A stretch of DNA of 63,578 nt, counting the filler, from Reticulomyxa filosa (Eukaryota; Protista; Foraminifera), in NCBI GenBank assembly GCA_000512085.1. It is 14 parts of 14 records of this genome, joined end to end, with 100 filler letters (N's around TTAATTAATTAA, not from the genome) between each part and the next. Parts side by side here need not be neighbours in the genome. Positions count along the whole stretch, not along the records: positions 39,104 to 55,427 come from ASPP01002306.1; 13 more parts are not named here. The stretch is one strand, 5' to 3'. Position 1 is the first letter of the stretch; each line of letters opens with the position of its first letter. The notes under the pieces are model-generated. The model was not told the DNA's origin. It made no database searches and saw nothing but the letters and a program-made list of their open reading frames with translations. This document shows positions 39,300 to 52,674 of this stretch, in pieces. The position numbers and the translations under genes are program-made.

Positions 39300-40400
39300 T
39301 TTTATTTTATTTTTTTTTATTTTTAAACTTTTGCACCGTGAGGACGTGAAGGTGTCCGACTACTCCTTGCTTCGTCATTATTATCACTGTTATTTGCACT
39401 AAATCATATTCCCCGAAAGTGCAAACAAAAGCAAGTTAAAGCATTGTCTCCAATAACCAAACTTCTCAGGTTCGATGTCTTCAATTTGAAATAAGGCAAC
39501 AATATTTTGATTGATGATCGCCATGATTCTCTATGCCTTTCATAGTTTGACATTATATTAAAAAATGTTCCACATTTTCTTCTTAATATTCACACTATTT
39601 GCATACAGGAGACTAAGCTATTTTGATCTTGTACAGGAAATAATGTAATCCAATTTTACCATTAATGATCCTGCAAAAATATCTGCGCTCATGAACATCA
39701 AATCGATGCAAAATAATTTTTTCAAATGATTGAGATTCAATCAGATTACGTAAATACTGCTTGGTATGCTTGTGTGATTCCATTTCATTGTATTCATTTG
39801 TCCAATGACGATTCCATTCTTCAGTGAAAAATGTATTTAATCCTTGGAAATTCAGAAATTGAGCTGTTCGATCTGGTCTCCTAAATAACTCAGTTTGATC
39901 AAATTTTGCTTGCAATATGTCTCTTTTTGCAACAACGTCTACTCTTTCATTCCAAGAATGTCAGAATGTACTTTGATCCAATAAATCTAATGAACATCAT
40001 TTTCTACAAGCTCTTTAATTAATCTTTGATAATCAGACAGCGGAAAGTTGTAAGTATCTGAATTGTATTTGTTATGAATCGCATTTACAGTAAATTTGTA
40101 ATCAGAAAGAATAACGTATCGTTCATCTCTGCCACTTATATTATGTTGAATGTATATCATTTATTGTCGGATTGCTTCAATTTCACATCCAATCATACTG
40201 GTAATTCATTAGACAGGAAATCGCAATTATATCCATTTTAATGAAGATGGGTCTTGGACGACTAATCCTGCACATCAAATTCCTGGATCTGGTTTGAAGC
40301 TTAAATCAATAAATATCGCAGTCGTTCTTTCGTCAAATGTGTTCAAAATTTCTTATTGTATAGGTTCAATATATTTATCAAAAGGTGACTTAATTGGATG
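39300..40400 (-). mobile_element. Degenerate 3' end of a non-LTR retrotransposon (RNase H plus CCHC-type finger)
   Basis: AIFIDLS..PDPG, GCEIEAI, YVILSD, WNERVDVVAK (RNase H-like); GKIGLHYFLYKIKIA*SPVCK*C...ENVEHF (zinc finger); A-rich tail on the minus strand at about 39300-39330. Confidence 0.75.
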
Positions 40401-41630
40401 TGGTAATTTTGAAATATGCCTTAATAATTTATGCTAGTGTTGATATTAGTTTGGGACGTCATCTTGAAGATGTTATACTAAATGTAATACGAAAAGGGTT
40501 TTACTCAAGAAACTAGTGTTCGGTAAAACAAAAGTGAATTAAATAAAGATTAATGACGCAACAAAAGATTAAGTGAAGTTGGTTGTGTAGTTTTAGCCCA
40601 TTGGGGACTACCATGTTCCTTCAACGCTCAGATATTTATATGGCATTGCCATACATTAGTATAGATTTGCATATAGAATACCTACTTCAAATCCATTAAT
40701 ATACGTTATATATAAATTTAATAATTTCACTATACAACTTATCTTTACATAACTTTCAATATCATGATTGCTTCTACATAATAATTTTTTTAAAATTAGG
40801 ACAACTTTCATTATTATCATTAACGTTATGGAAGTATATTTGAAATGTTACCCAAACTATGCGGAATTATGTGAAAAACCGTCGTGGCAGCTAATTTTTT
40901 AGTAATAGCTCTTTTAATTAACAACATCTAGTAACATTCGTAACATTGTTGGACCATCCATTGACAACATGACCCTGATAAAAATTTATACATATCAAGT
41001 AATCGCACAAAGCCCGTACCACCCCAAACTTAAGTACACAGCGACCCACTTTTATCTATATTCTACTGCTATAATATTAGAAAGGATTAAGCATGATTAT
41101 AAACCAATTTTATTCAAATATAAAGTTCTACTAAAAAACAATATAGTTAAATATTAAGTTAATGGTATTAAACGTGATTTCAACGTTTATTTGGGCCAAT
41201 TATTGCTTTGAATTTCATCTACAAATACAAAACACAAGAAAACAATGTTTTGTGAATTTTTAATAACAAATGTTTATCAATATTTCTGAATTGTATAGTT
41301 GGATTACGTTGCAATATCAACGTATTAATTCGTAGACTATTCGTTACAACAAAATACGAAAAAACATTGACACACTTTCACAAGTAGTTAAATCAACTAG
41401 TTGTAATTTACAAAATGATGTATACGTCGTTACTTTACCAATAAATCGAACTAGCTTAAATAGTTTTGAAATTTCTAATAAAAGTTTTACTTGTCTATTT
41501 TTTTCCGCATACAATTGACTTATCATTAAGCTTTCATGTAGTCTAATTTGAGTTTAACACTTAAAATACTGAATTGACAACTAGTTGAAAAAGTTGGCAA
41601 GCAAAATCCTCATTAAAAAGAAGAGAAAAA

Positions 41631-42946
41631 TTATCTTTGAAAAAATAAAACTGTAATGCAACCACCAATAAGTGATGTAATCGTGTTAGCAACAAGATTA
41701 ACCATGTCATTTGACAAAAGGTTAAATCCCCCAGTTTCTATTTTCTTCACACCTTTTCCAGGAGCCTATTTTTTCAAATTACACACATTCCTTTGCTTTT
41801 TTTTGAGTGCGAAAAGAAACTTTTCCTTTCTGGATCAACATAACATTGACTACAGCACTTGCGTTAAAATCCCAACCCGAAAATTGAAACAAAGCACCAA
41901 GTACGCTATCAATCAAAGAACCAATAAGACCACAGAAAGCTAAAATAGGGATGATGTACAACGACGGATAGTTGCTGATATCCCATTTATAATTGCCTGC
42001 ATTTTGCAACAGCCATTCATCAGCCGGTGAAACCGTGGACAGCCAAAACGTACAACCAATAAAGAGTCCGGCCGCAGTTGCTGCTGCCAAGCCTGCCAAT
42101 GTCACACCTCCATTCGTTCCTATTTTTGTTACGCACAATTAAACGTATACCATTTAATTTATCCTCACATTTGTCGCCTAAGCCAAATAAAAGCAAAATT
42201 AAAATCCCTCCTATCCCCGAACAAACCAGCAGGAACAATTCTTGTTGGTTGAATTATCAGTCTTGGTTGACTTTTTGCCATCCCACCTATTTCACTAGAC
42301 CACGTATCCCCTGTTGTCAACAACAATAAAGATAAAGGACAATTGTTGTGGGCTTTGCAACGTTTGGCTGGACAGTAAGAAAAAAGTCAAACATGAAAAA
42401 ACAAACCACAAGCGGCCGCAAAAAATGATACAAAAGCGCCCAAATAAAAGGTGGATCCCCCATGACTACGCAAAAACGGGAGCGCGTATTGCGTTCCAAC
42501 AATTTGGTAATAAAAGACGGCATATATTGTTGCCGGAAGTGAGTTACACAATACTTGCTTCCAATTCCTCGCCTCATGAACTCCTTTGTTCTTTATTTTC
42601 GTCAATTGTGATGATGAAACAAAAAATGACAACAGAATAATTCCTACCAATCGAATTTTATGCGTAGGGAATATGTTCAGATATACAAAAGTATATGTTT
42701 TTATATAAGCAAATTTTTCTTTTTTTTGTTGTTTTCTTTGATTTTATTTTTTACGTTGTTTTTGCGACATAGATCTAACTAACCGAAACGAAAGCCACAA
42801 TAAAAAATCAATGCCCCTGTTACCCACGCTGCAATACAACCACTTGTATTTAAGGATCTTCGGCTACGCGCATACAAAACTACACATGACGCTGTTCCCA
42901 AAGCAAGGAGTATACGCCAAAGCTCTTCTGCTGATCCTACCGACAT
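41631..42946 (-). CDS. TMEM19: TMEM19/DUF92 membrane protein
   Basis: RSLNTSG, FFVSSSQLTK, RNWKQVLCN, GDTWSSEIG, PRLI..VPA|GTNGGVT..G, GSLIDSVLGA..Q.SG, LSNDMVN. Confidence 0.9.
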
Positions 42947-43174
42947 GCTCGTTTTGAAGGAAAAATGGGGGAAAAAAAGAAAATTTTATAAAAAAAAATA
43001 AACGCACTAACTTGCAAAACTGAAAACACTTTTTGGTTGGTTATTGTTGTGTTGTTCTCTTTGATTCTTAAACTAAAAAAATAATGTAAAAAGTTTAGAG
43101 ACAGAAGCTCACTTAAGGAGAAAATTTAAAAAAAAATTACAATTAGATAATAAAACAATTACGGCTCAGCAACA

Positions 43175-44393
43175 ATGCGACTAAATCGTAAACATATTGG
43201 CATACCGAATAAACAGTCATCAGTGTCTCTTTGTCACATCTTCCTTTTTGTGATGACAATGACAGTACTGCTGGTATTTCTGTTTGTGGTGGTATCAGTA
43301 GCTAAAAATAACGTGACAAAAGCAGGAGAGAATTCAGAAGCCACGCCAATAGCAAATGAAATAGCAGGTTTACACACCCTAAACAACGTGTGGGATTGGG
43401 GTACCCCAAACAAAACAGTCGATAGCATATTAACGAATGTGGAAGAAAAATACAAAGATTTTTGCAAAGACATTTTAGATGTGAAAACACATGTGGTAAG
43501 AAAGCAAATATGGAGTCAAGCGTATCAAGAATGGTTTCTGTATCACAATTACTTTAGAGTTAGTTTTTGTTGTTGTCATCATTGTGCTTCCGAGAACAAT
43601 GTTCAATCCAAATATTTGCCATATTAACCACTATAAAAAAAATGCAATATATACCTCTGTAAAAAAACGATGTAACCGATGTATGGAATAATATACGCAC
43701 GTTATATAGGGTAAACAAAATGGCGTCTACATTGACATGGGCGCACATAAGCCATTGCATTTGAGCAACACAGCGTTTTTTGATATATGTTTGGGATGGA
43801 AAGGGATATGTGTAGAACCGAGTAGTACATTCGATGAGTTTGCTGGGATAAGGAGTTGTTCAATGGCAAAACATTGTATGTGGAGCCGAACTGAGCCATT
43901 GCGAATGCTATTTCGAAGTGAAGGAGATGCGTCTCTTATCATCGATGAAAAAGAACAGCAACGCATTCACAAGCTTCAACCCGAAGTAGCCAAGCGCATT
44001 TTCGAATGCAATGGAATCAGCGCTTTGGATTTATTCGATCGCTTTAATGCCCGTGATAAACATGGCAACGAAGTGTCTTTAAAATCTGATATTCCTGAGC
44101 AAAAAATTCCTATTGATTTTATATCATTAGATGTCGAAGGTGCTGAGGCTGAAGTTTTGAAATGCTTTCCTTTTGATAAATATGATGTCAAAGTGTGGAC
44201 GATTGAAGTCAATCGCAATGAACTTGGCATTGACGAAATTATGCTTGCACATGGCTATGTCAAAGACTATCATTTGACTTTCTTTCAATCAAGATTAGAT
44301 GCGGTTTATGTTAAACGCCCTGCTCCAATGCAAGTGCCATGGCAAACTCATGAAGAATGGTTGCAATGGAAAAAGTTCGATAAATGTCAATAA
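43175..44393 (+). CDS. FkbM/Methyltransf_21 family methyltransferase with N-terminal signal anchor
   Basis: Intron 43559-43709 joins WSQAYQEWFLYHNYFR to GKQNGVYIDMGAH; then SNT, GWKGICVEP, IDFISLDVEGAE, VWTIE, HGY. Confidence 0.88.
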
Positions 44394-45000
44394 TTTTTTG
44401 GTTTTATGTTTTGTTTATTATTTTATTTTTATTTTTTTGCTTTTTTTTCAGTGCTCACAATTCATCTTGTTGTTATTGTTTGCGATTGCTTTTTTAACAA
44501 TTTAACGACAAATTCCATTATCCTAACGTTTTTGAAGGGAAGAAAAATAATGATTCTCCTTTAAATAGAGGAAAAGAAAACACTTTTAAAAATCGTAAGC
44601 CAAGGATTCACTTCACATCCAAAGTTGGCATTTTAACTTGTAATATCAGCACCAATTCCTCTTAATTTTGAACGATATGAAATAAACAACAGTTTTTTAT
44701 TTTACAATTAAAAAGATGCGCTCGACATGAATCACGGTTTATATTCAATGAAAATGCTATCGTAACTTGCATGACTGATCAAGGGTTGATTTCACGTTAG
44801 TAATAAATAAAAGATGGAATAAAACATTGTTTTTAGATCAAAATTAATTTTAAATGTTCGTTTTATTGTACTATAAATACAGAAAAAATGCGTATCAAGA
44901 GAAACAAGTGTCACATCAGTCGATCGAGATACACCCAGCCAAATATTAAAGCTCGTTCATAGGCTGTTGAAAAGTTGTTATTTTACTGCAATCTGTTGAT

Positions 45001-48000
45001 TTATTTTCGAAAATTTTCTAGTTGCCTTGGATGATGCGGACATACAGTTCCTTGTACAAATTTTTTAATTAGCCATTGATTTAAAAAGTCAAAACGACTT
45101 TCAACTAATTCCAAATGACTAAAGAACTTGTTTGTTTTTTTTCTTATTCTTTGAATATCTTTCCAACTTTGGCTTGTTAGTTTTGAGACATGTTGTAAAT
45201 CCTTTCTCAAATATAATTGTTGAACCACCCGAATATATTGTTGCATCATTTTCAAAGAAGCTGTATTCGACAATTCTTGAAGTTGATCAATATTAATACA
45301 GTTAAAAGGTGAAAAGACATCATAAGTTCTAGCAATAGTTGATTTTCTGTTATAAGTTGAATTGATAGGATTCATTTCCCAATTATCATTATATAATCTT
45401 TCTTGTTTCAATTTCAGTGACAAATAGGGAAATGTCAAATCATTATCTTTCGATAAAATAGAATAAAAATCACAAAAAATGGAATGTTTCAAGTAATATG
45501 GGCTTGTCAAAAATGGAGTATTCAAAGCAATTTGTCCATAGTATGGAGGATATAACGATGATTTAAACTTACGTTTATTTATCTTTTTTTGCTGAGAAGA
45601 AACTATTTTTTTCAAAACAGCAATCAATGAAGTCTCATCAACATTACCATTATCAAAGAGCAACAGATAACATTCACGTGCGAACGTATTTTGATATTCA
45701 TTGTCCCCAATCCATTGTTTCCAATAATGAAGTTTTTCATTGAGATAAGTTAGAATTTTTCTAATAAATGAAATGTCTAGAAATTGAATGGAAGCGTTGC
45801 AATACTCATATAATTCAAGAATTTCTTGTTTCAAGATCACCCAGTTTTGTTCATTGTATCCTTCGTAACCATATTCTACACGCTCGATACAGGCTCGGAG
45901 TTTCAAATCATGATACCGTAATGAAAATGAGGACACTACATCCCGTTTTGTAAACCAATCCAACATATCAAAGATGAATGAATCAACAATATCTTTCATT
46001 CTTATTAACATATCCAAACAATTTAACCATTTGTCTATTATTTCTGTTCCTTCCGTTTGTAATGAATTGCAAATCTCATCAAAAAAAATTTGTACCAATG
46101 TGACCAACGCACGATAGCCAAAATAATGAAGTGGATTGACTTTATTAATAAAATGATCCAATGTTTCAAAAGCTTGAATGATATCATTATCTTCTAAAAC
46201 TCCAAATTCTTTCATTCGTTGCAATAGTTTTATAATATAATTAAATGTCTGTGGTTCATTTGGATCCAATGATAACAAATTTTTAGTTCGCAAAAGTAAT
46301 TTTCTAAAGTGCTCTTTCACATTAGATGCATTCAAATTTACATACATTAACAAATCTGCACGAATATCAGTGTCAAGTTCAATAGTATTTTTTCGCTTTT
46401 TGTCCTTTTCATTATTATATTCATTTTCGCTTTCACTTTCGGTTTCACTTCCATTTTCGATTCCATTTTCGATTCCATTTTTAATTCCATTTTCATCTTT
46501 TCAATTCCATTTTCAATTCCGTTTTCAATTCTGTGTTCGCTTTCATTTTCATCACTCCTATTTACTTGCGTAGTATTATCCATTTGTTTATCTGGAACAT
46601 TTAAAGATGCAACATTGTCTTCCTTTTGTTTATTTTTATTTTTGCTTTTGTTTTTTTTTCTTTTTCAAATTTAAGTCGTTTATATCTTTTGCCGCTGCGC
46701 TTATTTTCATTTTCCATTTCGTTTTCATCATCCGCGCCATAATCTGATCCGTCTTCTTCGCCCAACAAGGCTTCGCTGAATGTTGGAATTATTGTGGCAT
46801 CAGATGTCATTGATCGATGTTTGGGCGAGTAACCAGTTTCTAAATCATCTTCAAAATCAAAACCATCATCTTGAGTCGAAGTCACTTGTACTTTCCGAAT
46901 TTTTTTTTTTGCTGGAGTTGCATCATACTCATTTATCCCCGGTTCAATTGTAATTAAGACATCGGATGTCACCATTTCCAGTAATCCTCTTTTTTTAGGT
47001 CCAATTTTCGCATTTGTTTTATTGGTCGTATTCTTTTCGATGATCGGCTGTGTCAACTGGAATTGCTCGATTTGATACATACACAAAGAGAGATATACGA
47101 GCCAATATTCACTGTGTTTGATTACAGGTGCTATATCTTTTTCTTTTTCTACATAAGGATTATATGCAAATTGAGCCCAATATTCAATTGCTGGTTTAAT
47201 ATCGTTTGTATTGTGACCATTTTCGATTAATTCGCGGATAGTATTCGATCGAACTATTTCAGTCTATGCAAATATGATATATGTAATAAGATATGTATAA
47301 TATTATATATATCATATTGTGTACATATACACATAAACGAATCAATAGAAATAGTTTTAAATAAATGTTCACAAAACTATTCGATGATACACTTTTTGTT
47401 TCTGTTGACTTGGCTACAAGAACAAAAACAATCAACAACATCACAAATCTCATTCTTAAATTCAGTAATTGATTCCAAACAAAAGAAAAAAATATAATAA
47501 ACAAAACAAAAGGATTGGCGTATATTTTGTAACAAGTACACAACATCTAAAATGTTGCGTGATGGACTGATATTAGTTACAACGTTCAAAAAATTAAGAA
47601 TAAAATCGATGGGTTGTTTTTCTTCGCGACATAACCGAACGATACTTTCGATAATGTATTCACAAATAGTTGGTAATTTGTGGACCAAAGACAAGAGAAT
47701 TGGATATATCCGTGAGATAATGTATTTAGCTTCATGCCAATGAAAAGTATTCATTGCTTGTCTCAGTTGTTGTGTTTGTTCCGTTATCCATCCCAATAAC
47801 CACGGTCGATAATACAGTCTGTGATTTCCACCAAATTCGTTGATTTCTCCAGGAACAAATATCGACGAATAAGGTGGAAGTCGTGCAAAATGATAACTTC
47901 GTAAGCGATCTATTTTTTTTTTTTAATTTTTATTTTTTTTTTTTTCTTTAAAAAAACAAATGTTAACGTGATCCGGTTTGCGGTTTACAGGCGAAAAGTT

Positions 48001-50377
48001 GATAGACAAGAGATTGATGTTTTTTGAGAGCGAATAAATCGGACTGAATGCGAACCATCGTTTGGTTCCACTCTTCCTCCAAATTAAAGCTGCCGACCGT
48101 GACGATATCATTGTGGGTAAATTGACAGAGCATGGGGTTTTGTTCATGCTTTAATTTTTTGGTTCCACGGTTGCTATCAGTCAATGGCTGGAAACTGGAA
48201 CATAAATGCTTCCACAAGCTTTGATGAGGTAGATAAGATATTTGATGCAATTGATATGTGGTTAAATGAACATTTTTCCAGCCTTCTTTTTGATATAAAG
48301 CACAGTCATTTTTGTGTTGAATATATTGGAATATGGTATCATTCATCGTAGCAATTGCTTGAAAAAGTGTATTTTTGGAGCTGACATCTTCGACGTTTGT
48401 AAGTATTTGAATGGCTTGCTCGAGAGATACCCGGTCTATTTTCATGGACGGATCACGACTGATTTCAAGCAACAAAGGAACGGTATTTTCGAGTAATGCT
48501 GGGTTTTTGGTTATAATTTGGCACCAATACTTCAATAAAAATACATATTCAAATTTTAAATAAACGGTGAACATTCGTTCCAAAGAAATTTTATGTTTTT
48601 TCCCAAAGGATTTTGATTTGCCATCTCCTTTGCGTTCCAGAAAGACAGAGTAATCAATTTGTTGGACAATGTGTTGTAAGCGTTGGAACAATTTGGTATG
48701 TGACCGAAGCACAAGTAATTCCCGCTTTGGTATAATTTCAAACATGTGTTTCCAATTGGGCAAAGGACAGTGCATACCCGTAAAAGAGTAATAGGGCCAT
48801 GGAATTACCTGTTCTCGTGGATACCATGCCTCTTTCTTCAGCTTCAATAATTTAACCAAAACAAGTCCATGTTTCGATGAGTCATCGTTCGAATCCAAAT
48901 ATATAGTAGAAGGCAAAGAGGGTCGTAACACAATTCCAGGCCACCACATATTTAAAATACGAACGTCATTCGAGCAATTGGTATTAGAATCGACATTAGA
49001 ACTGGGATCAGATTGGCCAAGATCACCATTGTGAAAATAGACAAAAGAAGGAGGTCCTCTAACCACCACAGCCATCCCACAAAAATATGTAAAGTCGACA
49101 TCTCCAACCCAAAAATCAGCCTCTTCTTTTTTAGAAATATGTTCATAATACGTGGAACGACGCATAAGTCTATCTGCATTTATTACAGACACTTTCCATT
49201 GTCTCATCATCCAAACTTTCCATTTATTGTCGATAGCTGTGTCTCTCCATTCAATTGCCTCGCAAAGATGTTTCAAAAAAATCATTTCTTCATTGTCTTT
49301 ATTTTGGGTATCTATATTTGGAGTGTTTACATTTTGAGTATCTTCGTTTTGAATGTCCCTATTTTGATATTCACATAACTGACCATGTCCCCAAATACGA
49401 GCCTGCATACTCTTTGCCAATGTATGCTCTATTTTGGTATGCCTTTGAAGCAAATATGGTAATAATACATAAAACAATTCGTATTTGGGATGCAATTGCA
49501 ATGGATGAACATGCCATTTCATTAGCCATTTTAACGCTTTTAATGTTTGCTGGGAAGAGAGAGCCATGTAAGGCAAAATCCACGTCCGACTGGTCACAAT
49601 TGTAAAATCGGTTTGCAAGTATTTTGTCTGCAGTTTCCTCATTTGCTCTATTACTGAATCCACAAAAGCTTTGATTTCAGAGGGCGATGCCTCTGATTCC
49701 ATGAATTTATCATTGTCATTACCATCATTACCATCATCATTAACATAGTGTTCATTCTTTGTTTCAATGGAAGGCAATCCCAATGAAATAATATTGTTTT
49801 CATTTATTGCACCCTTTTGATTTGCTTCATCGTTTTTTTGAAAATATAATGCTGTCAATAATCTCACTGGAATTTTCTTCATCTTCATTGTTGTCCGGCA
49901 TTTTGCCTTTGTCTCAGATTCTAATTTAATTATTCCTGGCCACCAACAATATTTTATCTCTCCTTGTTCTTGATTTAGTTTTCCTGTATCATTCTCCTTT
50001 TTTTCGTTTGCTATTTCCGTGTTTCTCAATTTCAATCGCACCCATACTACTTCATTATTATCATATTGTCGCTGCAGGTCTCCTTTTTTTTTACTTATCT
50101 CTTCCAACTCTTGTGTTGTTGGTGGCTGTTTTAGCCATTCAAAGTACGCTCGCTTGGCTGCTGCTCGCTCTTCTTGCTGTTTTTTTAGTTGGTCCAATTG
50201 CTGTATCTTTTGAGGTCGAGAAGAACAGCTTGTGTCTGATCCAAATGACAGTAGCAAAGATTGTGAGCATGTGTTCGAAGTGTCAGTTGCTTCACTTTGA
50301 GACAATAACGTAAGAAAACTACTATTCGTCAGGAAGAGCTTTCTTTGCTTTAAAATGCGTGATTCATTTCTTGCCAT
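45001..50377 (-). CDS. Large hypothetical protein with two PWWP/Tudor-like motifs; possibly one gene of about 1600 aa or two genes
   Basis: 804-aa first exon with VVWVRL...YCWWPGII...VRLL and MWWPGIV...VLVKLL...AWYPREQVIPW. Same-strand exons follow at about 47900-47490, 47250-46620 and 46580-45001. Confidence 0.6.
46448..46530 (-). repeat. 12-bp coding tandem repeat (IENG)n
   Basis: Units like ATT/ATC GAA AAT GGA; an apparent 1-nt frame slip lies within the array near 46500. Confidence 0.8.
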
Positions 50378-51511
50378 GGATGTTGAACTTGTTCCGGATT
50401 TTTTAATGAAGAATGGAGGATGTGATCAACTTGGAACTTTTTAACGTTTCAAAAACCAGAAAGGGTTTTGGAAGAAATAACAGTAGTCAAAGCGAACACT
50501 AGTCATTTTGTCAAACTGATGCCAAATATGAGACAGTAAGTATTTTTTAAATAGTTTGTGTACTTTGGTGTTATTTTTATTCTTTTGAGAAAAATTACGA
50601 TCGAACACTCCCTAACAGCACTATTATTTCTTATAAGAGGACATAGATGCAATTTAAAAAAAAATACAAAAAGTTTATCCCTTTCAATAAATTCCTATTA
50701 AAAAAATTAAAGGGCGAACTGAAACAAATAAGATAACTATAGAGATTGACTGGAAGAGTATGTAGGAATAGTAAGTGCGGCTGAAGTGTAATACGAAAGG
50801 AATTTTGTTCCAGAAATAAGTTTTTCAGTAAAACGAAGCAAATTAAATAAGAGATAATTCACAAAAGACAACAAGAAAAGTAAAAATGGTTTGTGAAGAG
50901 AGTTCTAGTCACGGGCTTCAATTCTCTTGGAACTTGCCTTATACAATGGAGACTTGCTTTTAAATATTTGAGCTGATATTTATCATATAACTTAATCGAC
51001 ATTATTTTTAAAATCAACTTAGTTAAAACAAGCAACTGTATATTAAGTATTTGCACGTCTTTTCAACGTAAGGCTTACTTAGATGCATTTGCGCGCTAGT
51101 GTTGTACAGATTTGCCCTCAATTTTGTTTAGATTTAAATTACCTGTATATTGTCAATACAATTTCAATTAGAACAATATATGTTTTTCATAGTATTTAAG
51201 TTAACAATAATATTTATTGTAAAACAAAATCATATTGTGAGTTACATCTATTGTTATTATGGCCTTTTATGAACTTATTGATTTGTTCCTCGTTTGTAGT
51301 TATACACAATCAATTAAAATAATGCATTATCCAGCCGTTTTAAAAAATACAATAAGACGTGGATTTATAAAATGTAAGCAAAACTTGTTTTAATCACTTG
51401 ATTTACGATTTGAAATTAAGTATTTCACAAGCTTTTTAACGGTATTCAACTCTTTATCAGAGTAATAATATATCCTCTTTAAGTTTTTTTCCTCCTTTTC
51501 AAAACTATTGA

Positions 51512-52674
51512 ATGGGCAATCAACCTTCTCAACCGCCTTCTCGTAGCAATGCTTTTCTTTCTAAATTGGAGTCAGCAACTGTAAGAGTTCGAAATAGTCT
51601 CCAATCAAGTTGGATAAATATGTCGTCGACATCGTTGAACTCAACAGCGAGGAATGATGACACTAACATGCAGCCACGAACCGATGAAAATGAAGTGAGC
51701 GCGACATTTCCTTTCCATGAACTTCCGCTTGTGTTATTGGAGTACATATTGAACCTAAGCTCAAGCGAAAACCATTTACATCGGCTTCGTTTGGTATGCA
51801 AAGAATGGAATCAAGTATGTGATCAATGCCAACTGCTGTTAGAATGCAACGAACGTATCCCGATCCCAAAAATCCAATTTTGGTTTGACAAGTTGTCCCC
51901 ACATCGTCTCCAACACGTGATACTATCGCATACAAAGGTGGATGACGATTTCGTGCAATGGCTAGCCGACCATAAAAACTTGTCCAAACTGCAATCCCTA
52001 AATTTGGACTATTGTTGGCAACTGACAAGTGCATCCAAACCATACATGGAAAAGATTCAATCTAAAAAATTGGAATTGCACATGCAAGGAATGTTTATGT
52101 GGCTAGAACCGAACGTACATTTGAGTGCAGAAGGCGTAGTACTATTGCAATTATATGCAATGAAATGTAATCAAATTGAACACTGCTTCAAATTTGCCAG
52201 TCCGGAGAACAAACGGAGCACAGGTCCTTTGCAACGCTTTGCACGAATGATACGTACGTTTTATGCATGTATGATTAACTGGGAAGAGGTCACCACCAAA
52301 AATATCACCCCGAACCCCGTCAGTCGCAATGCTGATGCCCAATCCACAAATGACGAAGATGAGGCCAAAACTGCGAGTGATGATGATGATGACGACAGTG
52401 ATGACACTGTAGAAAAAGAGGACATTCAACAGATATACGTATGTATTGCTAAAGCCGGTCGACGAGCCAAATTTATCTGGGTTGTTCGTCGACAACCTTA
52501 TTTCAAGACCTCAGACGATTTACTTAATGACCAATTCGAAAACACTGAAGAATACAAGGTTTGTACGTATTCACATTATTTGTTTCTTTTTTGTCAGTCT
52601 TTTTTTTTTTGATTGGTTGAATTTTATAGGTACAAGGATGTTATATGACAGATGGTGTTAGAGAAGCAAACTAA
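51512..52674 (+). CDS. F-box plus LRR plus DUF4864-like fusion protein with N-myristoylation motif
   Basis: MGNQPS; F-box FHELPLVLLEYIL...LRLVCKEW; LRR LSKLQSLNLDYCWQLT; VVLLQLYAM...FKFASPENKRSTGPLQRFARMI..Y. Intron 52559-52629 leads to last exon VQGCYMTDGVREAN*. Confidence 0.75.

Noticed and set aside
39332-39420. Possible ribozyme in the LINE 3' UTR
   Set aside because: The hammerhead core (CUGANGA...GAAA with three stems) is not present in correct form.
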